A stretch of DNA of 44,229 nt, taken from the IMG/VR virus record IMGVR_UViG_3300032226_000163, positions 1-44,229 of that record. The stretch is one strand, 5' to 3'. This document shows, one piece after another, positions 26,073 through 36,078 of this stretch (its first letter is position 1; each line of letters begins with the position of its first letter). Both the position numbers and the translations under genes were made by a program. The stretch comes from a virus. Lineage: Duplodnaviria; Caudoviricetes. The notes below the pieces were generated by a model, which was not told the DNA's origin, made no database searches, and worked only from the letters and a program-made list of their open reading frames with translations.

Positions 26073-28919
26073 ATGCAAACAAAAGAATTTTTACAACAAG
26101 TATGGCCTGATCAAGGATATTATTGTGTCCTTGGTAAAGACCAACAAAATGTAGTAGTTCCTAAGTTTATAAATTCCATAGATGAAGCAATTGAAGTAGT
26201 AAATAAATTACTAAGCGATAAGCAAGACGTTTACTTTGCATGTTCAACATATGTTGAGCCTACTGAACGAAAGAAAATAAATGCAAAAGAACAACGTATT
26301 TTATGGTTAGATATAGACTGTGGTTTCGATACAAAGAAACGTAAATGGAAAGACTATGAAACTAAAGACGCAGCACTTGTAGCGTTACGTTCATTCACAG
26401 ATACAACACAACTCCCTGCTCCTACTATTGTAGACTCAGGTAGAGGTATCCATTGTTATTGGCCTTTTACTGAACCTGTTGATAAGGCTATTTGGCAACC
26501 TGTTGCTGAAGGCTTAAAGTTTCTATGCGCTAAACATGGACTTAAAGCTGATGGTGCTTGCACTGCTGACATGGCTCGTATCTTACGAGTTCCAGGCACA
26601 AAGAACTATAAAGATGTAGCTAAACCTGAAGATGTAACTGTGTTAAATCAAGGCACTCCTACTCCGTTTGATGAGTTAGCAAGTCTTATACCTATACATC
26701 TTACCGATAAACCTAAAGCTAAACGTCCACTAGATGAAGCTACAAAAGCTATACTAGGAAACAATTCATCTAAGTTTATGAAGATTATTGAACGCTGCCG
26801 TAAAGAAGATGGCTGCGCGCAGTTAGTTCATATCATGACTAAACAATCAACAGTAGAAGAACCTCTATGGCGTTCAGGTTTATCTATTGCAGCTTACTGT
26901 GAAGACTCTGAGTCAGCAATCCACAACATATCTAAACATCACCCTGATTATGACTATGCTAGGACAGAAGCAAAAGCTAGTGCTATTCCAGGCCCACATA
27001 CATGTAGACAATTTGAAGGCTTACGTCCTGAAGGTTGTGATGGATGTAAACATAAAGGTAAGATTACTTCTCCAATAGAATTAGGTAGAGTTATTCTACG
27101 TTCTAAAGGTGCGGATAATGTTATCCAAGCTAAGTCAGAAGAATTAGGTGAAGTTGTTACATATCAAATCCCTGATTACCCATTCCCATATTTTAGAGGA
27201 AAGAATGGCGGTGTATATAAAACTGTAGCTGATGAAGATGAAGAAGCTATTATGGTTTATGACTATGACTTCTATCTTGTCGAAATACTAAATGATCACG
27301 CTATTGGTTTCTGTGCATGGTTTAAATTACATTTACCTCACGAAGGTGTCCAAGAGTTTATAGCACCTTTAACACAACTCTTATCACGTGAGGAAGCTAG
27401 AAAGATTTTAGTAGCTAAAGGTATTGTTAGAAACGGTAAGAAGTTAGATAACGTTATTGATTACATCATAGCTGTAGTAGATGCTGATCAAAAGCAAAAA
27501 CCATCAACACCTATGTATAAACAATATGGTTGGAATGCTTTATACAACAAAGTTGTGATAGGTAATCGTGAGATTAGTGCTTTTGGTACTAAGTATGTTC
27601 CTGTGTCTGAAGATTTAAACGATGTAAACCCAGCCTTACAAAAGAAAGGGACTTACGAAGAATGGAAGAAAGCTATATCAGTTTATGAAAGACCTGGTAT
27701 GGAGTTACGTGCGTTTGGCTTCTTCTGTGCATTTGGTTCTTTACTTATGCCCTTTTTTAAATCTAAAGAAAAGTCAGCAGTAATTAATTTATATAACCCT
27801 GAGTCAGGACAAGGTAAATCTACAGTCTTACAAGCTATGACTAGCGTATATGGTAATCCTGACCTATCAGCTAAACTTATTCAAGTATGGGGTGATACAG
27901 GTAACTCAGTTATTAATCGTATGGGATACATGAATAATTTGCCTGCAGCAGTTGATGAGTTTACTAAAGTAACACCTGACCAACTACATGAGTTCTTAAA
28001 ATTTATGTCAACAGGTCGTGGTAGAAATCGTATGGGTAGTGGCGGCACAAATAAGGAAAGACAAAACGATACCGTATTTAATCTTATTTGCGTTGTATCT
28101 TCTAATACAGATTTTAGAACAGTTATGTTCTCATCAAATGCTAAAGCTTCAGGTGAGATGGCTCGTTTCTTACAATTACGTATTGATAAAGATACCAGCT
28201 TAACAAAGAAAGAAGCTGATGATTACTTTGGTAGACTATTTGATAACTATGGACATGCAGGAGAAATATATGCCCAATGGATTATATCAAATCTTGAATC
28301 TGTAAAATTAGCTTTAAAACAAACTCAAGAGAAGATAGATAAGGCATGGAACATAGCAGGGGAAGACCGCAAGTATTCTGCTACATTAGCTGCAGTATTT
28401 TTAGGCGCTCAGATTGCTAAACAATTAGGTATTCATAATATAAACCTAGAACCTGTTAAACAGGTTATTAAACTAGAGTTAGATAAATCTAGAATAGAAC
28501 TTAAAGCCCGTGACTTTGATGCTATGGAAACCCTAACTACCTTCTTACATGAAAATTTAAAGAACACTTTAGTTATTAATAGTGTCATAGACTCACGAAC
28601 AGGGTTACAAGAAGCCCCTTTATTGAAGCCAATCAATGAATTACGTGTAAGAATTGAACCAGATACTAACACAATATACATTCCTGTAGGTATAATGCGC
28701 TCATACTTAAAGGATCTTGGTAACGTAGATTACGAGGATTTTATTAAAAAGCTGAAAGATAATAAGGTTTTGAAGTATAAATCAGGAGATTCTAAAGTGT
28801 TACAAAAAGGATTAGATATTAGCGGCTCAGGTGTTCGGTGCATATGGATTGATAACTCTAGTTTTGAAGGACTTAAGACTAACGACTTACCATTGGATAT
28901 ACCACGAAGTGTTCACTAA
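26073..28919 (+). CDS. Primase-helicase (RepB-like AEP primase, PriCT, DUF927, SF3-like helicase)
   Basis: LWLDIDC, VDSGRGIHCYW, RILRVPGT.N, EPLW, C..C, SGQGKST, VDE, SSN. Confidence 0.88.
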   Translation: MQTKEFLQQVWPDQGYYCVLGKDQQNVVVPKFINSIDEAIEVVNKLLSDKQDVYFACSTYVEPTERKKINAKEQRILWLDIDCGFDTKKRKWKDYETKDAALVALRSFTDTTQLPAPTIVDSGRGIHCYWPFTEPVDKAIWQPVAEGLKFLCAKHGLKADGACTADMARILRVPGTKNYKDVAKPEDVTVLNQGTPTPFDELASLIPIHLTDKPKAKRPLDEATKAILGNNSSKFMKIIERCRKEDGCAQLVHIMTKQSTVEEPLWRSGLSIAAYCEDSESAIHNISKHHPDYDYARTEAKASAIPGPHTCRQFEGLRPEGCDGCKHKGKITSPIELGRVILRSKGADNVIQAKSEELGEVVTYQIPDYPFPYFRGKNGGVYKTVADEDEEAIMVYDYDFYLVEILNDHAIGFCAWFKLHLPHEGVQEFIAPLTQLLSREEARKILVAKGIVRNGKKLDNVIDYIIAVVDADQKQKPSTPMYKQYGWNALYNKVVIGNREISAFGTKYVPVSEDLNDVNPALQKKGTYEEWKKAISVYERPGMELRAFGFFCAFGSLLMPFFKSKEKSAVINLYNPESGQGKSTVLQAMTSVYGNPDLSAKLIQVWGDTGNSVINRMGYMNNLPAAVDEFTKVTPDQLHEFLKFMSTGRGRNRMGSGGTNKERQNDTVFNLICVVSSNTDFRTVMFSSNAKASGEMARFLQLRIDKDTSLTKKEADDYFGRLFDNYGHAGEIYAQWIISNLESVKLALKQTQEKIDKAWNIAGEDRKYSATLAAVFLGAQIAKQLGIHNINLEPVKQVIKLELDKSRIELKARDFDAMETLTTFLHENLKNTLVINSVIDSRTGLQEAPLLKPINELRVRIEPDTNTIYIPVGIMRSYLKDLGNVDYEDFIKKLKDNKVLKYKSGDSKVLQKGLDISGSGVRCIWIDNSSFEGLKTNDLPLDIPRSVH

Positions 28920-29103
28920 CGGCGTAAATTATCAGATTGATTGGCCTACGTTTGTACCAGGCTCGTCTATCTTTATACCTGCTATTGATACAGAGTCAGC
29001 TATCAAAGCTATACAAAAAGAAAGTGAACGACTAGAGTTTCAGTTCGTTCACAAAGTTGTGATAGAAGACCATGTTAAAGGCATACGAGTCTGGCGTTTA
29101 TAA
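28909..29103 (+). CDS. Small conserved protein (G.RVWR C-terminus), possibly DNA-binding
   Basis: GTG start overlapping the primase end; W..F.PG.SIFIP...GIRVWR. Confidence 0.6.
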   Translation: MFTNGVNYQIDWPTFVPGSSIFIPAIDTESAIKAIQKESERLEFQFVHKVVIEDHVKGIRVWRL

Positions 29104-32100
29104 TTATTCTTCACCACCAAAAATACCTAACACCTTTTCTTTATTAAAACCCGCTCTTTCTCGTAAGCTTTGGATATAGTTAGTAGTAGAGCCATCTTCT
29201 CTTTTAACAGGATAATTTAATAGCTCTCGTCTTTGCATTTCTATTCTGTCTATTTCTTTTCTTTTATCTTCAGGCGACATATTGCTATTAGTGCGAACCT
29301 GATTTTCATAAGTTCTTAACTGAGCTAAAAGAGTATCTGTAGAACTAAGTTGTCTAGAAACGTTAATACTTTCTTCATTTTTAGTATAGTAATCGTCAAA
29401 TTCTTTTTGCCCTTTATCATCCACTGCTAATTTTTCTAATTTTTTATACGTATTATAATGTTTATCTACTTCATCTTTTAATTCATATAAATCATTTAGT
29501 TCTCTAGCACCAAGTTTTTGAGTAACAAAACTCTTTACGTCTGGGAACATCATAAGCTTTTCTTCAAAAGATTTTTTAGGTATAGTTTCTCCTCTTAGAT
29601 CAGCAATCATATTTTCTGTAAACATATTAAGCACCTGAGAAGTAGAACCTAAAACTGATTTTAATACATTGTCCCATATGAGTGGGGAAGTACCCGATGC
29701 TTCTCCTAATGCTAAGGCTAGCTGAGTTGTATTTTTAGGACTATATTGAAACTCTGGTTCAACAGACTGTTGGCCTTGACCCACAATAGGTCTATTAGTA
29801 TATAAATTAGTATTTAAATAGCTTTCAATTCCTGGTTTAATAAGAACCGGCATGCTTGAGGGTATAGAAGTGGCTTTAACAAGCCCCGCTAGTAAAGCTT
29901 TATTCATTTTTTTATTATCTTCACTTTCAGCAACCCATCGTTGATAAACATGTTCAGTAAACACTTTAAAAAATAGTCCACTATAATCAGTTCTCATTGG
30001 AATCTTATATCCATTAGGTAGAATGAAAAAACTGTCTCTTTCAGAAGGATCTAATTTTTTATATTCGTCATCATCAGACATTAGAATAGAATACATTAAC
30101 GTAGCTATAGCAATTTGAGCGCCATTAAGTACATAACGTTTTATATTTTGCATTCTAGTATCAGGAGTTATACCTTCACCAAACACAGTGGCGCCTGAAA
30201 CATGTAAAGCTTGTAAACTAGCGCCTGTAAAAGGAACCAATTGTCTCATAATATTAAATATTTGACCTGATCCTGTACGTTTAAAGTTAATAATCTCAAA
30301 AGCACGATGAACCGCCAAGGCTTCATTACCTGTTTCTAACATAGTTTGTGCATATATTGCTTGACGAATTACATTATCTGATGCCATGGCAAGAGCGCTA
30401 AAAGGCGATAACACTGCTTTTTTAAATGCTTCATAAGTTTTATATTTTTTAGCCTCATCAGCAGCCACGTTATCTATTCTATTAAACTCTCTAGAAGGAT
30501 CAGCTCTACCCACCGCCATTACTGCTTTTAATCTATTTCTTGCTTTACTTAAACCTAAAGGTGTTAAGGCAATTTCTTTTAAAACTTGAACGGGTATGAG
30601 TATTCCATAGTTAACCCCTGACAAGGTAATTGCAGCTATAGTATCCATTACAACTTGTTTAACTGAAAAGATAGGATATAAAACAATACTTTGTCTTAAA
30701 AAGTGGCTGAAGTTAGAAAAGTATTTTAATCCTGCAATCGTAACGGGTTCTAGTCCAGTAAATCCATCAACCATACTTGCGGCATCATACCCTTGAAACT
30801 CATATCTATTAAGAATATTTTTTTCTTCTCCATTAACATCTACATTTTCGTGTATTTGTATAGAATTAGTATTGCTAGTATATTTTTGACCTGTAATTTT
30901 TTTAATATCATCAGGTAAATACTCTTGATAATATCTAAGTTTAACTGCCGCTGCATTATTTTTAATGCCTTTCATAATAATATAGTTTGCCCAGTTTTCC
31001 ATATTATCGAATACATTATTTACTTCTCTGTAACTACCTTCAAATTTTGGTTCTTTTGAAGCATCAAGTAAACCATTGATGTATTCTTTTCTGCCTTTAA
31101 CTTCTACTCGCCCATCGGCATCTTCAAACACTCTGTAGAAAGGAACATAATCCATAACTTCTAAGAAGCGCTCTACAGTAGTTTTATCTAATAGACCCGT
31201 AGTATTAGCAAAATCTAATACTTTAGATCGAACATCATTCCACATATCAAATACGTCATTTAGCTCAGGATATTTTTCTAAAATTTTAAATCCTGCGTCT
31301 ATTTCAGCGTCTGACATATGAACTAATTTAAAATTTTTATTTAGTTCTTTTTTTGCAGCTTCTGTCTTACCTTGTAACATTAAAGCTCTAGCTCTAGCTT
31401 TTGCGTTTTGATTAGACTCATTTAAACCTCTTGAACGTTTTGCAATAAATGCGGTACTAGCGGCTTCAAATAATGTACTAACGTTAATATTTCTTTTTAT
31501 AGCAATATCTGAAATAGCTTCTTTAATTTTTTTCATACTAGTATTAGATTCAGTAACTAAAAACTTAAATATTTTAGGATCGTAAGAAATATTGCCTCTT
31601 TCTAAAAAAGCCCGAGCCGTTTCAGAAGCATATAAAGCTTGTGCAATATTTAACTCAATAGCCGCTTTAGCTAATTCAGCCATGCTAACCCCTGATTTTC
31701 TCATGGCGTCTAATATTTTTTTATTGATTGCAAATTCAAAGTCAAAAGCAAACTTTCTAAATTTTGTTATTTGTTCTCCTAGTGTTTTAAAAGGAGACGC
31801 TTTAAATCTTTGAAATGTGGTAGGCTTAGGTGTTTTATCTTTACGCTTTTGACCTGTTTGTGCAATAAGTTTATTTAGCTCTTTTTCTTCTTCATCTTTA
31901 TTATATAAAGGTTTATCTTGTCCAAAATCTTTAAGATTGTCGGGACGTTCACCTGTCATTAACTCTGGCGCTAAAGCAACAATATCGCTCATCAATGAAT
32001 CAGATATATCAAGACCTAAAAGCTTATTAAAGGCATTCATTAGATCAAACCATAGTGATGACTTAGGAGCAGGGGTAGGAGCTACGCTTCTTTGTTTAGC

Positions 32101-34683
32101 TAAGAATCTTTGGAAGTCTTTATCGTTAAACGCATAAGATACAAACTCTTCCATGTTTTTAAAGGCATCACCAAAAGTTACTTCATCTTGCATAGCAGCT
32201 ACTTCAGCTGCATCAAATATGTCTACTAATTGTTGGCCTACAATCGAATTACCTTTGGCTTTTGGTCTACCATTTTTATCCATAGTAACATGACGTCTTA
32301 TTGCCCACACTGTTGCAGCGTGTGTTCCTTCATGATATATGGTATCAGTACCTGCTTTAGGACTAATAATAGTTTCGTTAAGTGTAGAAGTATATTTGCC
32401 GTATTCACCTTTAGGCATACCCATAACTTTATACTTACCTTTAAGCACGTTAGGTAAGGTTTCAAATAAATTCTGTAATATTTTTTCAACAGGATTAAGT
32501 TTGTTGAAATGTTGTTTCTTTATAATATTTAACGCTTGCCCTAAAGTATTAGCAGGTTTAGTAGTATTAACAATTGCTTGTCCTTCAGGCGTGCCTTCTT
32601 TTTTAGATTGTAAATCCTGTTCTACTTTAGCAACCTGTTGTTCTTCGGCTAATGTTGTAGGAGTTTTAGTTTCTCTAGCTGTTTTTAAAGTAGCAAGTTC
32701 TTCTTTTGCAGTACTTACATCTTGTTCAGTAACAGCAGTTTCATCTAAAAGATTTTCAATAAGAGGGTTATCACGATCAAGTGCTTTTAATTCAGAAGCT
32801 ACTTGTTTAGCTTCATCTTGTAAAGGCATAGGCTCTTCAACTGGAGCTTCTTCAACTGAAGCTTCTTCAACAGGTGCTTCTTCTACAGCAGCTTCTGTTA
32901 CAACGGCTTGAGGTTCTACTGGTTTAATTGTTTCTAGTGGAGCGTTGAAAGCTTCCGTTCCTGTTTGATCGATTCCAACAGGACTTCCACTGATATCAGT
33001 TGTAGGTCCGAAACGTCCTTGAGTTCCTCCGGGAGTTCCATATTTTTGTCCTCCAAGTACTGCATCGCTAATTGTAGTTGTTCCAAGGTCAATTCCTGCA
33101 TCGGGAGCCTCTGCTTTCTTATCTAGTAATGATGTAAATGTATTTACAGCTTGTTCGTTTAGTTTACCTGTATATGCTTCTAAGGTTTTATCTACAAGGT
33201 CTCGGCCTTCTGGTGTACTTGCATCAACTCCTTCTAAATCTTTAAATGCGTTAGAACCTTTTCTGATACCCCACGAAGTTAACGTAGTCGGAGTAATAAC
33301 ACCTGTTTCAGTAGGTAAGGTAGTTTCTAAATCAGCCGCTTCAGATACCACTTGTTTTTGCTGAGCTGATTTAAGTTTAGCTTCAGCAGCTACTTTAGCT
33401 TGGTTAACTTGGTCAGCTTCTTGTTCTAAATCTTTAAGAATTGTTTTTATTTGTTGTTGTTTAGATAAGCGCTCAGTTTTAGGTTCTGCCGTAGTAGGTT
33501 CTGGTTCTTCTGTTGTAGGAGCTGCAGCAGAGGGTTCTCTGCTTAAAAGTGCGCCAGGCAAACCTATTGCTTTACCTGCAATATATCCGCCGAAGAAACT
33601 TTCTAAGTATTCATCTCGTGCTTCTTTATTAGTAATGCTTAAACCTGCTTGTAAACGCTCAAAAACTTGTTGAGCAGTTTCTGTAATGCCCTCTACTGTA
33701 GCACCTTTAGTTGCAGCAACTGAAGAAGATAAAACTTTTTTACCTACAGAAGTAAGTAAGGATTGATTAAATATTTGTTTAGCCGTTTCATCTGATATTT
33801 TTTTACCAGCAGCCCCAAAAATATTTTTAATTCCGGGTATATATCTAAAGCCTATATTATCTAATAGTGCTTGAGGTATAGTAGTAGCCCCTGCAGTTAA
33901 TAAATTTGTATCTGCAAGATCAATGTTGTTAGCTTCTATTTGACGTTGAAGATTAGAACCTAAAAATTGAGTAGCAGAAACTACAGTAGGAGCTACCCCT
34001 GCAACTAATCCAGTTGCGCCTAAGGCGGTGCTACCTAACGCGGCCATAACGGGACCAATCATATAAGGAGCAGAGTTACCAAGAAGTTCTTGAATTTTAG
34101 TTAAAGGGTCTTCTCTAAAACTTTTATTAGCGCTAGTGTAAGTATTAGCTGCGTATTCTCTTAAACGATTGGCAATTTGCTCAGCTTCTTCAGGATTACC
34201 TAAAGTTCTGCCATAAGATATAACAGCATCCGCTGCTAAATTATACATACCTTGACCAAAAGTACCAGAAAATGCTCCTTTGGCTTTTTCACCAGGTTTA
34301 GCAGCAATAGGCATACCTGAATATTTTGCATACTCATCAGAAGTAAATTTTTGACCCATAACATCTACAGGTATTTTAGGTACTTCTTTAGGAGGTTGAG
34401 TTGTTTTAGGTTGTTCAGTAGCTTCTGGTTCTTTAAATAATAAAGAACGCATTTGAGTTTGTAACTGTTTGGCAGTTTCAACATCTCCTTTAGCATCAGC
34501 GTCTACAAGCTGTTCATAAAGGGCATCTACGTTGGTAGCGTTTTGTTGTGGTGGAGTAGGGGCTACGGTAGAATCTTCAAAAAGCAAAGTTTTCATTTCA
34601 GTCTGTAGTTGTTTAGCAGATTGAATGTCTCCCTTTGCATCCGCTTCTACAAGCTGTTTATATAAAGCATCTAAATTTTTCAT
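29104..34683 (-). CDS. Giant internal virion/ejection protein (zincin-like HExxH domain, LPD38-like C-terminus)
   Basis: 1859 aa at the end of the virion operon; HEGTHAA...EEFV..AF; YVPFYR; INF.R.G, VPF, N.N.YT.RPIV. Confidence 0.7.
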   Translation of the reverse strand: MKNLDALYKQLVEADAKGDIQSAKQLQTEMKTLLFEDSTVAPTPPQQNATNVDALYEQLVDADAKGDVETAKQLQTQMRSLLFKEPEATEQPKTTQPPKEVPKIPVDVMGQKFTSDEYAKYSGMPIAAKPGEKAKGAFSGTFGQGMYNLAADAVISYGRTLGNPEEAEQIANRLREYAANTYTSANKSFREDPLTKIQELLGNSAPYMIGPVMAALGSTALGATGLVAGVAPTVVSATQFLGSNLQRQIEANNIDLADTNLLTAGATTIPQALLDNIGFRYIPGIKNIFGAAGKKISDETAKQIFNQSLLTSVGKKVLSSSVAATKGATVEGITETAQQVFERLQAGLSITNKEARDEYLESFFGGYIAGKAIGLPGALLSREPSAAAPTTEEPEPTTAEPKTERLSKQQQIKTILKDLEQEADQVNQAKVAAEAKLKSAQQKQVVSEAADLETTLPTETGVITPTTLTSWGIRKGSNAFKDLEGVDASTPEGRDLVDKTLEAYTGKLNEQAVNTFTSLLDKKAEAPDAGIDLGTTTISDAVLGGQKYGTPGGTQGRFGPTTDISGSPVGIDQTGTEAFNAPLETIKPVEPQAVVTEAAVEEAPVEEASVEEAPVEEPMPLQDEAKQVASELKALDRDNPLIENLLDETAVTEQDVSTAKEELATLKTARETKTPTTLAEEQQVAKVEQDLQSKKEGTPEGQAIVNTTKPANTLGQALNIIKKQHFNKLNPVEKILQNLFETLPNVLKGKYKVMGMPKGEYGKYTSTLNETIISPKAGTDTIYHEGTHAATVWAIRRHVTMDKNGRPKAKGNSIVGQQLVDIFDAAEVAAMQDEVTFGDAFKNMEEFVSYAFNDKDFQRFLAKQRSVAPTPAPKSSLWFDLMNAFNKLLGLDISDSLMSDIVALAPELMTGERPDNLKDFGQDKPLYNKDEEEKELNKLIAQTGQKRKDKTPKPTTFQRFKASPFKTLGEQITKFRKFAFDFEFAINKKILDAMRKSGVSMAELAKAAIELNIAQALYASETARAFLERGNISYDPKIFKFLVTESNTSMKKIKEAISDIAIKRNINVSTLFEAASTAFIAKRSRGLNESNQNAKARARALMLQGKTEAAKKELNKNFKLVHMSDAEIDAGFKILEKYPELNDVFDMWNDVRSKVLDFANTTGLLDKTTVERFLEVMDYVPFYRVFEDADGRVEVKGRKEYINGLLDASKEPKFEGSYREVNNVFDNMENWANYIIMKGIKNNAAAVKLRYYQEYLPDDIKKITGQKYTSNTNSIQIHENVDVNGEEKNILNRYEFQGYDAASMVDGFTGLEPVTIAGLKYFSNFSHFLRQSIVLYPIFSVKQVVMDTIAAITLSGVNYGILIPVQVLKEIALTPLGLSKARNRLKAVMAVGRADPSREFNRIDNVAADEAKKYKTYEAFKKAVLSPFSALAMASDNVIRQAIYAQTMLETGNEALAVHRAFEIINFKRTGSGQIFNIMRQLVPFTGASLQALHVSGATVFGEGITPDTRMQNIKRYVLNGAQIAIATLMYSILMSDDDEYKKLDPSERDSFFILPNGYKIPMRTDYSGLFFKVFTEHVYQRWVAESEDNKKMNKALLAGLVKATSIPSSMPVLIKPGIESYLNTNLYTNRPIVGQGQQSVEPEFQYSPKNTTQLALALGEASGTSPLIWDNVLKSVLGSTSQVLNMFTENMIADLRGETIPKKSFEEKLMMFPDVKSFVTQKLGARELNDLYELKDEVDKHYNTYKKLEKLAVDDKGQKEFDDYYTKNEESINVSRQLSSTDTLLAQLRTYENQVRTNSNMSPEDKRKEIDRIEMQRRELLNYPVKREDGSTTNYIQSLRERAGFNKEKVLGIFGGEE

Positions 34684-34694
34684 TAATTAATATT

Positions 34695-36068
34695 TTAATC
34701 TGTGTTAACAAAACGTCCTTCACGTTCTAATCTTTCCATTTCTTCGGCATTAGTAACATCAATTAAAGTTCCTCCCACATCTGAAGTGGTTTGATCATAG
34801 TTTTTAAATAATTGTGGATATTTTTGTCTTGCCTTTTCTTCTTTTATTCTGTTTTGATATTGAGCTTGTGTTTCTTTTACGGGTGTTTTAATTTCTTTTT
34901 TAGTAGTTTTAGAAGAGTCTGCTTTAGGTTTACTTTCTAAAGGTGTTTCAGGTAATTCTTCTTCTCTAATAAAGTTTAAATTATTTTTAAGCATTTGATT
35001 AAATTCATTCATTAAATTAGTTTTCTTTTGTTTAAACGATGTTAAATAAGAGCCTTGTCCATATATTTTTTCAAACTGTTGAATAGTAGCATTGAGAGCT
35101 TTAGTTCTTGTATTAGCGGGATCCATTGCTCTTGCAGCATTAGACTTAATTTGTGCAGCCTCAATAGTTGCTCCAGTAGTAGCATTAACTTTTTGAGCTT
35201 CAAATTCTTTAGTTCTAGCTGATTCTCTAAGAGCAGCTGCTGTTTTAAAGTCTCCTATAGATTCAGCATACTTAGCTTGCTCAAGCTCATTTAGAGCGGC
35301 ACGATTTAATCGTTTAGCAGCAATAATATTTTTATTCATTTCAGCAACAGCAGGACCAGCTTTAACCCCTGCAGCTACAGCGCCTCTTGTAAAACTTCCA
35401 GGTGTTGTGCCAAATCCTTCCGCTAATTTAAACAACACTGTGGCTTTATCAGCTTCTCTACTTTCGTTTATATCTTCTCGTGTTTGATCTTCTAATTCTT
35501 GTTTACGTTTTTTATAAAAATCAGGATCAACAAAACGTGATTTTAAGTCTTGTGTTTCTAATAATAAATCATCTGCTGTAGGTATTGCAGGTACAGGCAT
35601 TCTAAAAGCTGCATAGGGATCTTTTACTAAATCTCCGGCAGCAAAGGCAACAATTCCACCGTTTGCATAATTTTGCTCATTAAACATATTTTCATTTATA
35701 GGAAGCGTTGATACCCCAGCGTCCATGTTTTGCTGAGCAGGGGCAGGATTAGCCATATCTGTAGCAGGCATCATAGGTGAAGGATTTAAACTTGCAATAC
35801 CTTGAGGTTGATCAGATTGAGCTAGTTTATTTTGTACTTGTTCAGTTACTGTTTCTGAAGGCGCAGGCATACTAGCATTTATACCATCTTTATTACGAGC
35901 AACAATACTAGATGCTAAACTAACAAGTAACGCACCTTTATCACCAAGATCAGGTGGTGGGTTTTGACTATACTTTAAAAGTATATTAGGGTCTACTGTC
36001 CCTGCTTTAACTAATCTATTTAAAGCTGCTTGTAAATTAACTGCACCATTAGATTGTTGAATACTCAT
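34695..36068 (-). CDS. Internal virion/ejection protein
   Basis: Position equivalent to P22 gp20; YANGGIVAFA.G motif; Ala-rich helices. Confidence 0.6.
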   Translation of the reverse strand: MSIQQSNGAVNLQAALNRLVKAGTVDPNILLKYSQNPPPDLGDKGALLVSLASSIVARNKDGINASMPAPSETVTEQVQNKLAQSDQPQGIASLNPSPMMPATDMANPAPAQQNMDAGVSTLPINENMFNEQNYANGGIVAFAAGDLVKDPYAAFRMPVPAIPTADDLLLETQDLKSRFVDPDFYKKRKQELEDQTREDINESREADKATVLFKLAEGFGTTPGSFTRGAVAAGVKAGPAVAEMNKNIIAAKRLNRAALNELEQAKYAESIGDFKTAAALRESARTKEFEAQKVNATTGATIEAAQIKSNAARAMDPANTRTKALNATIQQFEKIYGQGSYLTSFKQKKTNLMNEFNQMLKNNLNFIREEELPETPLESKPKADSSKTTKKEIKTPVKETQAQYQNRIKEEKARQKYPQLFKNYDQTTSDVGGTLIDVTNAEEMERLEREGRFVNTD

Positions 36069-36078
36069 TATGTAATCC

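Noticed and set aside
8143-28681. Minus-strand and nested ORFs in the early and replication region (e.g. 8143, 13073, 17970, 23392, 26887, 28018)
   Set aside because: They lie wholly or largely within stronger plus-strand genes in a tightly coupled operon.
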